Assembly (NCBI RefSeq): GCF_001194135.2
Contig: NC_068986.1
Span: forward strand, 83,472,602-83,524,645
From: Octopus bimaculoides
Taxonomy: Eukaryota
Direction: 5' to 3'
Length of the DNA stretch: 52,044 nucleotides
The notes under the pieces are model-generated. The model made no database searches. It was not told where the DNA came from and was given only the letters and a program-made list of their open reading frames with translations. Positions 12,160 through 22,199 of the stretch are shown piece by piece. The translations under genes and the position numbers were made by a program. Numbering within the stretch: the first letter of the stretch is position 1; the number at the start of each line of letters is the position of its first letter.

Positions 12160-12284
12160 NNNNNNNNNNNNNNNNNNNNNNNNNNNNNNNNNNNNNNNNN
12201 NNNNNNNNNNNNNNNNNNNNNNNNNNNNNNNNNNNNNNNNNNNNNNNNNNNNNNNNNNNNNNNNNNNNNNNNNNNNNNNNNNNN
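12160..12284. other. Assembly gap (others: 19784-20512, 24575-24612, 32486-32540, 34396-34650, 35329-35722)
   Basis: Runs of N. Confidence 1.
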
Positions 12285-12292
12285 TATACTTA

Positions 12293-12550
12293 TTTTATTA
12301 AAGCTGTAAAAATATCACAAAAGACTATGACTTAGAGTTTCACATTCCCATTTATTGGACAGTTTTGATCAAGACTGAGATAAAATTTTATCCCAGTCTT
12401 GATCAAAACTGTCCAATAAATGGGAATGTGAAACTCTAAGTCATAGTTTTTTGTGATGTTTTTACAGCTTTAATAAAAAAGCATATTACTCTGCCTTTGG
12501 TATTCTAGTACTATTTTTTCCACCTTGTTTTGCATTTATGTGCTTACTTG
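12293..12550. mobile_element. Fold-back (palindromic) element, PLE pseudo-LTR-like, same family as 19589-19783
   Basis: 186-bp loopless palindrome 12293-12478 (3 mismatches in 93-bp arms). Right flank gcatattactctgcctttggtattc..ttatgtgcttact is the reverse complement of 19589-19650. Confidence 0.8.
12405..12450 (+). ncRNA. Degenerate minimal type-I hammerhead ribozyme motif (mirror copy on the minus strand in the left arm)
   Basis: Stem I AAAACTGT/ATAGTTTT, decayed core CCAATAA, stem II ATG-GGAA-TGT, GAAAC, TCTAA, cleavage triplet GTC. Confidence 0.5.
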
Positions 12551-12559
12551 TGTATGTAT

Positions 12560-13620
12560 CCTCATCATCTAACGTCCATTGTCCAGTTTGAAAGGAACTC
12601 AGCTATCTCGCCTCTGTGAAGCCTAACATTCAAAAGGAACTCAGCCACTTTGCATCCGTGAGGCTCACCACTTGAAAGGAACTCAACCACCTCGCTTTCA
12701 TGAGGCCCACTCAAAAGAAACTCAGCCACTTTGCCTCTGTAAGGCCCAACACTCAAATGGAACTCAGCCAATTTGCCTCCGTCAGGTCCAATGCTCAAAA
12801 GGTACTCAGCCACTTTGCCTCCATGAGGCCCGATGTTCAAAGGTTGATTTTGTTACATGCCACCAGCACAGGTGCACTTGGCTTGATGGGTCCTCTTAAG
12901 CACATCACCAAAGGTCTTGGTCACTATTCATTGATTCTGTGAGGTTCAAAGTTCGAAAGTTGTGCTTCACCACCTTTTCCCATGTCTTCCTGGGTCTACC
13001 TCTATCATAGGTTCCCTCCACAGTTAGAGATCAGCACTTCTTTACACAACTGTCCTTGTCCATATGCATCATATGACCATATCAGTGCAGTCGTCTCTCT
13101 TGCACACCACATCTGATTCCGCCTCTGCCTAACTTTTCTCTCAAGATGCTTACACTCTGTTGAACATGCACACTGACATTGCATATCCAGTAAAGCAAAC
13201 TGGCTTCATTTCTCTCAAGCCTATGCATGTCCCCAGCTGTTATAGTCCATGTTTCACTGCTAGCCAGCATAGCTGTTCTCACATAGGCATCAAACAATCT
13301 GCCTTTCACTCATGCCAGCTGTGGTAGGAACTCTCTGAATTTTGCCCAGCTTCATCTTATTCTCACAGTTATGCTCTCAGAACAACCACCTTCACTACTA
13401 ACCTGGTTGCCTAGATACCGGAAGCTACCTACTACCTCTAGCTTGCCCCTCTGGTAGTTGATGGAATCTATTTTCCACACATGTTCAGCATTTATTATGC
13501 CTGCACACCTTCCACATACAAAAGTTAGTTTCTCTGTTAACCTTCCTTTGATGTTGCTGCACCTTTTGTGAGTCCAAAGCTTACACAGGGTGTATCTTAT
13601 GGAGTTTCTACCTACACGTC
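12560..13620 (-). mobile_element. RTE-clade LINE, 5'-truncated, with 42-bp tandem array in the 3' UTR
   Basis: ORF 13082-13309 (KGRLFDAYVRTAMLASSETW..LERNEASLLYWICNVS) is homologous to 16977-17264. 3' end GGACGTTAGATGATGAG matches the other LINE tail. Confidence 0.88.
12591..12839. repeat. 42-bp minisatellite x6 (consensus AAAGGAACTCAGCCACTTTGCCTCCGTGAGGCCCAACACTCA)
   Basis: Six contiguous units of 42,42,39,42,42,42 bp; no spacers. Confidence 0.92.
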
Positions 13621-13639
13621 ATCCATCCATCCATCCATC

Positions 13640-13763
13640 CATGTGGAAGAGTGTAGGCTTGAAACGTTAAAGACTTTTTTCAATTCCCAAGCATTATACT
13701 AATACATCTATTTGTTTTCTACACCACCTGTCTTTGTCTGTTGTTTTTTTGTGAATTCTCCCT

Positions 13764-13806
<43 letters not shown>

Positions 13807-13995
13807 ACCGTTGACTGAACACTATTCAATTTTTTTTCTCCGTGTTTTTCTCCTTGTCTCCGTATTCTTTCTGTTGAAGAGCGTAGCTCGAAACGTCAAA
13901 GACTTTCCGTATTCCCGAGCGTCATACTAATATATACTTTTGTTATTTACACCACCTGTCCTCGTCTGTTGTTATTTTTTGTATATTCTCCCATA
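13640..13995 (+). mobile_element. Tandem ~229-bp PLE pseudo-LTR / retrozyme-like units
   Basis: Segment gaagagcgtag(g)ctcgaaacgt-aaagacttt..atactaata..tacaccacctgtc..gtctgttgtt..attctccc-(TA)n occurs twice (GAAAC at 13661 and 13890). Confidence 0.75.
13866..13902 (+). ncRNA. Minimal type-I hammerhead ribozyme motif (PLE-type)
   Basis: Stem I TCTTT/AAAGA; core CTGTTGA (A6 to T versus CUGANGA); A-GAGC-gta-GCTC stem II; GAAAC-GTC with palindromic ACGT stem III. Confidence 0.7.
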
Positions 13996-16195
13996 TATAT
14001 ATATATATATATATATGAAAAATATTTCAATACAAATGTATTAATTTCCAGCAAAAAATAGCCCTATAAGGGTATATATATATAAATTCATAAGAGTGGT
14101 ACAACAAGGCACCGATATTTACTGGACAATAGCAATATAAATGTGAGATGCTATTAATTCTAAGCACCATGAGTGAAGCTTCAAAATTCATTAAACATTG
14201 AGTCATAAAGGCAAAATGATTTTTGCATTTTGTTTGTGACACCAGCACTAGTGAAGCTTCCATGCAGCATGCAAGACTAAGATCCTTTTCTGCTGAGTGG
14301 GGCCACATATGACAGGAATGTGGCCCTTTGCTAGGAGGCGAGAGATTAAATTATGAGAGAAAGGGGCCAGAAGAGAAAAGTTTTCTTGCTGTAGAAGTGC
14401 TACTAGTTACTCACATTATGGAGAGAAGTAAAGAGTAACTGAAGTGAAGATAAAATAGTGTTGATAAGGTGCCAGGATGGGCCCTCAAGATAAAAGGTAA
14501 GAAGAAGTAAGTGGGAGATAATAGAACAGTAAGTGTGAATGGAGAAGAGATTGGATTGCAAGAGTTTGTGGGGAGAATAAGGGATGGTTAGAGATGGGGT
14601 ATGGGTGACAGAGTGAATGTAGTGAATGAAGAACAAGTGTAGAAGGATGATAGATACATGTTGGAGAGAAGGTAGGGAAGAACAGTGATAATTGTAGAGA
14701 TTGGGTAGAGCTGAAATATGAATGTAGTGAATGGTGGGAACAACAGAGTTGTAATATTGATACAGTAGACATGGGAAAGATGAGAAAAAGAAAAATGACA
14801 TGTGGTTGGGGTAAATTGCAAAAGTATGAGGGAGAGGCAGATGTAGTGCATGGGGAGAGTGAGAGTATGGAAGTGGAGAAGGAGAAGTAATTTGGTGGTA
14901 CAGAAAGTGTTGCTGAGACAGTGTGCTTGGTCTGATGAGTGGTGCTATGAACATTCTGACTACTGGATATTGAATTTAGTTCTAGTTACAGTGAAGTACC
15001 TCAACTGATAATGGGTTTAATTTTCACCTCAAAGACCCTTGATGTAAGGTTTTCTTGTCTCACTACTGCTGTCAGTTTGATGTTGCCAAGTACAGTCTTG
15101 CTGAGATTGTGCAGCTTAAAGGTTGCACAGATACCGACAGAGTCACAATACAGCATAGTTTGGTGACATGCAATTGTCATTGAGTTCAATGTCTGACCTG
15201 TGGCTCCATCCAAATGATACATTCACTCTTTGTGCAAACAAACACCTGCCACAGAAAATACTTGACTGCTCGTGGCACAAACATCATTAGTTTGTAAGTG
15301 AGCATGAAGTGAGCTGCTGTGTGCTGGGTCACACCAGATAAACTTTCTCTATTCATCAACATACTGATGTCATCCATACTCTAATGCCATTGCTAACAAT
15401 CACTTTGCTGGTGGTGGTAGTGGTGATTACACTTGCCCAGTTTCAATGTTGCAGTTGTTATTTTTGTTGCTGTAGTTTGAAGATTTTACACATCAGACAG
15501 TTTTATTCAGCCAATATATTTGGACTCACTTCATCTGTGTCCACATAGTCTCTTTCTTTAGTCACACCCTCACTATCTACTCTGTGTCCCTTTCCCTAGC
15601 TACATTCTCACTAGTTACCTGGTTGTCCCTTTCTTCAGTCATATTCTTCCTATCCACTTTTCTTAATTTCCTCTTCACTGTTTATAGCACCTTGGACCCT
15701 GGGATCTAACTCTACACTGTCCATTGCACCTCAGTTCTTAATGTCCACCACTTCTCTGTCAATCTTGCTACTGCTGTTCACAATACCTCTGTCACCAAAG
15801 TCTTCCTCCTCGCTGATCACTGTACTATGGGATCTTATGTCCACTGTTGCTCAGACACTGACCACTACTTCGTCACAGTTTATCTCATAAGTCTCAACAC
15901 AAGTATAACATTCATCATACTGCAGAGGGTTGTCCTAAATCTGGCTGTTTTCTGTTAATTGTGCCTTCAAAAAAACATACATCACATGTATCCCAGGGTA
16001 TAGCATACATGTACACACAGATATATGGACAGAAGGTCCTTCAAATAGTGAATCTAATAATCTGTGGCCACTTGGCTTCTCTGAAATTTTTGAAGACATC
16101 TGTTACTAATACTCTCTTACCATTAAACTATTGATTAATTTAGCAACTAAATCAACACATTGGTTTATAATTGATCCCTAATTAATTACAACCAA

Positions 16196-16354
16196 GGCAC
16201 AAGCATGGCTATGTGGTTAAGAAGCTCACTTTGTCATCACATCATTTTGGGCTGTCTCACCATGTGGCACCTTGGGTAAGTGTCTACCACTATAATTCTG
16301 GGTTAATCAATGCTTTGTGAGTGAATTTGGTTGATAGAAACAGTGTGGAAGCCC
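16196..16354 (+). mobile_element. SINE family B, 5' half (element continues at 18002-18336)
   Basis: ggcacaagcatggctatgtggttaagaagc..ggcaccttgggtaagtgtc..ggaagccc, then LINE sequence. Confidence 0.8.
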
Positions 16355-18000
16355 TCCATACTGGCTTTCATTGACATGGAGAAAGCCTTTGACAGGGTCT
16401 TCTGATCCTTTATCTAGTGAAAACTAAGGATGGATGGTTAGTGAGAGCAGCACAAGCCATGTATAGAGATGCTGTCAGTAAGGTGAGGGTTGGCAACGAG
16501 TATAATAAAGAATTCTAGGAAGGGGTAGGGTTCCACCAAGGATCAGTCCTCACCCCCCTCTTATTCCTCATAGTCCTCCAGGCAATAACAGAGGAATTCA
16601 AGGCAGGATGCCCCTGGGAGCTTCTCTATGTTGATGACTTTGGTCTAATAGCTGAGTCACTATCAGAACTAGAGGAAAAGTTTCAGGTGTGGAAACAAGG
16701 TCTAGAATTGAAGGACCTTAGAGTCAATCTAGTAAAAACCAAAGTCTTAATAAGTTGGAAGGCAGACAAATCACAAATCCCTTCAGGTAGATGGCCCTGT
16801 TTGATTTGTAGAAAAGGCGTAGGTAGAAACTCCCATAAGATGTACCCAGTGTAAGCTATGGACACATAGAAGGTGCAGCAATATCAAAGGATGACTAACT
16901 GGGAAGATAGTTTTATTTGTGGCAAATGCTCAGGAGCAATAAACACTGAAAATGCGCAGAAAACAGCTTCCGTCACATGCCAGAGGTAAAACTAGAAGTA
17001 GTAGATAGTTTCCATTACCTGGGTGACCAAGTTAGTAGCAGAGGTGGATGCTTTGAGAGTGTAGCTGCTAGAATAAAAATAGCATGCGCAAAGTTCAGAG
17101 AGCTCTTACCTCTGCTGGTGACAAAGGGCTTCTCACTCAGAGAAGAAGGTAGACTGTATGACGCATGTGTGCGAACAGCCATGCTACATGGCAGTGAAAC
17201 ATGGGCTGCGACTGCTGAGGACATATGTAAGCTTGCAAGAAATGAAGCTAGTATGCTCCACTAGATGTGTAATGTCAGTGTGCATACATGACAGAGTGTA
17301 AGCACCCTGAGAGAAAAGTTGGACATAAGAAGTATCAGATGTGGTGTGCAAGAGAGATGACTGCACTGGTATGGTCATGTGTTGCATATAGATAAGGACA
17401 GCTGTGTGAAAAAGTGTCACACCCTAGCAGTAGAGGGAACCTGTGGAAGAGGTAGACCCAAGAAGACCTGGAATGAAACATGACTTTTGAACACTGGGCC
17501 TCACAGAGGTGATGACGAGTGACTGAGACATTTGGAGATATACTGCGCTTGAGAAGACTTGGCAAGCCAAGCGAAACTGGCTCATTTAAGAGTACCCTTC
17601 AATCATTGAGCAATAAACTGTGCCTGTGAAGACCTGTTGAGTCTAGTGAAGTCATTGTCATGGTCGATGCCAGTACTGCCAGACTGGCACCCATGCTGGT
17701 GGCATGTAAAAAGCACCATTTGAGTATGGTCGATGCCAGTGCCGCCTGACTAGTCCTGTGTTGGTGGCACATAAAAAGCACCATTCAAGTGTGGTTGTTG
17801 CCAATGCCACCTGACTGGCCCTCGTGCCAGTGACATGTAAAAAGCACTCACTACACTCTCAGAGCAGTTGGTGTTAGGAAGGGCATCCAGCTGTAGCAAC
17901 TTTGCCAGATCTGGTTGGAGCCTGGTACAGCCTTCTGGCTTGCCAATCCTGAGTCAAACCGTCCAACCCAAGTCAGCATGGGAAACGGATGATGATGATG

Positions 18001-18001
<1 letters not shown>
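16355..18001 (+). mobile_element. RTE-clade LINE, 5'-truncated RT with stops and frameshifts
   Basis: LAFIDMEKAFDRV, GFHQGSVL, LLYVDD (YADD-like), KLEVVDSFHYLGDQVS, YDACVRTAMLHGSETW; 3' UTR ends in (GAT)n. Confidence 0.93.
17661..17850 (+). repeat. ~65-bp tandem repeat x3 in the LINE 3' UTR
   Basis: Units start at 17661, 17727 and 17792: TGGTCGATGCCAGTGCCGCCTGACTGGC..GTGCYGGTGGCAYGTAAAAAGCACCATT. Confidence 0.9.
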
Positions 18002-18037
<36 letters not shown>

Positions 18038-18052
18038 TATACATACATACAT

Positions 18053-18095
<43 letters not shown>

Positions 18096-18336
18096 CATAC
18101 ACACACACATAAATACATACATGTGTGTGTGTGTGTGTGTGTTTACCCCATCAACCACTTGACAATTGGTGTTTGTTTACATCCTTGTAACTCAGTGGTT
18201 TGGTAAAAAGAGAATGATAGAATGAGTCATACTTATAAAAAAAAATAAGTACTGCAGTCAATTTACTTGACTAAACCCTTGAGAATAGTGCCCCAGCATG
18301 GCTACAGTCCAATGACTGAAACAGATAAAAGATAAG
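18002..18336 (+). mobile_element. SINE family B, internal microsatellite and 3' half
   Basis: cacttgacaattggtgtttgtttacatccttgtaactcagtggtttgg..gtgccccagcatggctacagtccaatgactgaaac. Confidence 0.8.
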
Positions 18337-19106
18337 TAATAAGTATTTTGTGAGCCATGAACTGCTGTTCAGTTAAGGTTTCAATTCCTAGAGTAACTTA
18401 ACACTAATTTATAAATATTATCACTAATTCATAAATTATGATTTTACATTTTAGCATTGAATTCTTTATTTACGACTCACCCAACAGATCATTCAAGACT
18501 CAATATGGGAGTCTCCATCTGCAGCACTACAATGTGTATCTAGGTATGTCAAAGATTTTTGAAAATATAACTTAAGTCTTTGTAAAATCTATCTTAATTC
18601 TTGAGCAACTTATAAAACATATTTTTTGTAATTTTGTTGTGGATAAATGTGATTAATAAAACAAGCAATAACTTTCTGTATCTTTTATTTTCTTCTCAAA
18701 ATTTTCAAAGTTCCACTGTATTTTGGTGATTTTTTAATTTGATTTCTTTTAATATGTTCCAAAGTCAAAAACCATTGCTTTACAATGGTTGCTCATTATG
18801 CTGGAAACAGTAGCCTATCATATTAATGAAAAAATTGGGAAGGATACATTAGAAAATGCAGTCCTAGATACACCTAAAAAGATGGATTGGTTATGAGTGG
18901 AATGAACACCTTTCATTATATATCTGCTCAATCAGGTTTGTCTTTCATCATTGGTCTATTCAATCAGACTTGTGGCTACACAACATTAACAACAACAACA
19001 ACAACAACAATTATCGAATCATTTCTACTAAGCCTCCTTGTGAAATGCCCATGTCTCACTACCATACAGCATCATGTTACAGTCACATCTCAGCAGTTAT
19101 TGTATA

Positions 19107-19154
<48 letters not shown>

Positions 19155-19588
19155 GGGGGGGGAGCAGACAGACAGGTAAAGAATGACACAGAGAGAAACT
19201 GTTGCCAACACAGATGACAGCACACTGACCTACTTCTACCCCCACATCTTTTTTTTACACTAGTTACAATATATTCATGTTAACCACCTACAGCACTAAT
19301 TAGGTCACCTAGGTAGCAGAAAGTATCACCTACATCTAGTAAAACTATCTCAGCAGTTCCTGTACATCATGTCATGTGAGCCTTTTACTGCTAACACTTT
19401 CCTATTCATCAAGCACATTTCCAGATGTCCTAGTTTTCTATCAGTCTGACAGTTATAACACACACACTACACACACACATGCATGCTCGCACGCACACAC
19501 AAGCATCCCACTATCAGTGTCACACATACACACATGCACACTCACACACACATACATGCACGCAAACACAGTTTATATATATATACCA

Positions 19589-19783
19589 GAGTAAGCACAT
19601 AAATGCGAAACAAGGTGGAAAAAATAGTACCTGAATACCAGAGGTAGAGTAATATGCTTTATCAAAAAGGAGCAAAAATATGACAAAAATTGTTACTCAG
19701 TTTCACGTTCCCGTTCGTCTGACGAATGGGAATGTGAAACTCTGAGTAAACAGCTTTTGTAATATTTTTGCTGCATTTTAATA
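19589..19783. mobile_element. Fold-back PLE pseudo-LTR-like element with head-to-head hammerhead motifs
   Basis: GTTTCACGTTCCCGTTCGTC-T-GACGAATGGGAATGTGAAAC palindrome centred on 19720; arms extend with divergence to the gap. Confidence 0.8.
19719..19748 (+). ncRNA. Hammerhead ribozyme core with intact CUGACGA and GAAAC..GUA
   Basis: CTGACGA-ATG-GGAA-TGT-GAAAC-TCTGA-GTA; the mirror arm has a perfect stem II ACG-GGAA-CGT. Stem I is truncated by the fold-back centre. Confidence 0.65.
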
Positions 19784-20597
19784 NNNNNNNNNNNNNNNNN
19801 NNNNNNNNNNNNNNNNNNNNNNNNNNNNNNNNNNNNNNNNNNNNNNNNNNNNNNNNNNNNNNNNNNNNNNNNNNNNNNNNNNNNNNNNNNNNNNNNNNNN
19901 NNNNNNNNNNNNNNNNNNNNNNNNNNNNNNNNNNNNNNNNNNNNNNNNNNNNNNNNNNNNNNNNNNNNNNNNNNNNNNNNNNNNNNNNNNNNNNNNNNNN
20001 NNNNNNNNNNNNNNNNNNNNNNNNNNNNNNNNNNNNNNNNNNNNNNNNNNNNNNNNNNNNNNNNNNNNNNNNNNNNNNNNNNNNNNNNNNNNNNNNNNNN
20101 NNNNNNNNNNNNNNNNNNNNNNNNNNNNNNNNNNNNNNNNNNNNNNNNNNNNNNNNNNNNNNNNNNNNNNNNNNNNNNNNNNNNNNNNNNNNNNNNNNNN
20201 NNNNNNNNNNNNNNNNNNNNNNNNNNNNNNNNNNNNNNNNNNNNNNNNNNNNNNNNNNNNNNNNNNNNNNNNNNNNNNNNNNNNNNNNNNNNNNNNNNNN
20301 NNNNNNNNNNNNNNNNNNNNNNNNNNNNNNNNNNNNNNNNNNNNNNNNNNNNNNNNNNNNNNNNNNNNNNNNNNNNNNNNNNNNNNNNNNNNNNNNNNNN
20401 NNNNNNNNNNNNNNNNNNNNNNNNNNNNNNNNNNNNNNNNNNNNNNNNNNNNNNNNNNNNNNNNNNNNNNNNNNNNNNNNNNNNNNNNNNNNNNNNNNNN
20501 NNNNNNNNNNNNATATAAAGTAAATACACGTTTGTCTAACTTATTTTGTAACCAAAATAAAAGTACAGATTATAAACAATGAGAGGCTGTGCATTAA

Positions 20598-20639
<42 letters not shown>

Positions 20640-20772
20640 TATATCATGTTACTGTTGCACTTTTATACACACAGATATACATTCACGCATGTCTGTCGAA
20701 AAGTGAAAGTGTAATAGTAATACTTTAACACTTAATGGTTTTACACTTCTGTATTTGACATGGACCTACTAT

Positions 20773-21138
20773 TCATGTAAGTGCTTCGTCATATACTGTG
20801 TTTTCTGCCTTGCCATGTTTATCACTGAGAATGTAGAGGTTCTTTTCATCTCCAACTCTAGAACATCCAACATACAGCTGACCATGTGAGACGCAAGATT
20901 GAAGGAGGTTAAGTCCCACCACCTTTACAGATTGACCTTGTGGTTTGTTGGTAGACATTGCAAAGCTAAGTTTGACAAGAAACTGCAGTCTCTTGAACTG
21001 AAAGGGGAGATCATTTGAGACGAGAGGTATTCTTGGAATGAAGACATTGTCACCCATCATGTTGCCATGATGGAGAAGAGGTTTCTCAGCTGCATAGGAG
21101 ACTTGCACATTTATGCCTCTGTCAGAGTGGCATCCCAA
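20773..21138 (-). pseudogene. Helitron PIF1-type helicase C-terminal fragment
   Basis: FIPRIPL..PFQFKRLQFLVKLSFAMSTNKPQGQS..SHGQLYVGCSRVG. Confidence 0.9.
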
Positions 21139-21278
21139 TGTGCATCATCTTCCAGAAGACTTCTGAGACAGCAAGCCTGGCAATATGTTTGACATACTGT
21201 GTTATCAACCATATGTAAGACTGTAAATGATGTGGGTCCCTTGACATGGTGTAACAGAAGCCTTAGATAGTAGCACTC

Positions 21279-22199
21279 TTAGTAGTTGGGATGAACAACG
21301 TAGACTCTGCCAAATGAGTCTGATTTCTTGATTCCTGGATGATGTGTGGGTGTTCCAAGTGCACATCTTTTCCATTTGTTTTGGTACCAGGTATAGAATT
21401 GTGAAACCTCATTGTATAGCAGTCTTGTAGCAAATTCATCATCTTGACAAAGCTTGAAGAATGCTATGAGTGTGGTATTTTTGGGAGCTTCCATTTGTAG
21501 TTGGACTGTGTCTGTCGGTGTGTTGTCTCTAAGATGGAAGACAATGTCACACTTGTCATGTCCTTGCCCAACCAGAAGCTCAGCTATTTAATTTGCTGTT
21601 GGCACATTAAACCTCCCTCCATGTTGACCAGATGGTTTCTTGTCTGATCTGATAAGTACCTTGTAATCTGGGGAGTCAGGTGGAATTTTTTCAAGTGCAG
21701 TCTTGAAGCTTCTGATCAGGTTGTTGTTGTTATGCAGCATCTTTTGCAGAGACACTACAATGTTCATCCTGATGCTGAAAATGTTCTTGCACCTATCTTG
21801 CCCTTCTTGTTGAGAATCACCCATAAAATATATTTGAAGGACGTTTTGTAATTCATTTGACAAAGGTAGGAGAGAGCCAATTTGATGATAAATCTGACCT
21901 TTGACATTGAAAGTTTGCTCGAATCCTGGCTCAGTTATATCTCTTGTGGTTCCAAATGATGTCATCTGTAGTGCAGCATTGTACTGTCTAATTTTGTTTT
22001 GGAAGTGCTTGGAATCATGGTCAGTTGATGACAACAGTTTCTTCAATGGCTCTGGAGGTTGGTGGACTGCAGGGAGTTTAACCTTTCCACCATTGCAGCA
22101 CCAGATAAGTCGTCTTAGTAACGTATTTCTATGTACCAGACCTTTAGATGTTATTTTTAGCATAATGAGTTTTCTGGTGAGGGCTTCGTTTGCCTTCAT
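21279..22199 (-). pseudogene. Helitron RepHel N-terminal and Rep-Hel linker fragments
   Basis: CCNGGKVKLP..FQNKIRQYNAALQMTSFG..GQIYHQIGSLLP..LQIYFMGD..GRFNVPT; then TTLIAFFKLCQDDEFATRLLYNEVSQFYTW..GRVYVVHP. Confidence 0.9.

Noticed and set aside
12591-12839. CRISPR-like appearance of the 42-bp repeats
   Set aside because: Units are contiguous with no unique spacers, lie in a LINE 3' UTR, and there are no cas genes; the DNA is eukaryotic.
14403-14954. 183-aa minus-strand ORF
   Set aside because: Arises from a strongly purine/pyrimidine-skewed tract poor in stop codons; probably an old repeat; no motif recognised.
15001-15400. Minus-strand ORFs (73 and 63 aa) as a terminal exon
   Set aside because: Frames are interrupted and no recognisable protein results; weak resemblance to a decayed L2/CR1-type LINE but not enough to call.
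18440-18860. Possible PLE RT remnant (MGVS..YNVYLG)
   Set aside because: No YxDD-equivalent or continuous alignment could be traced by eye.
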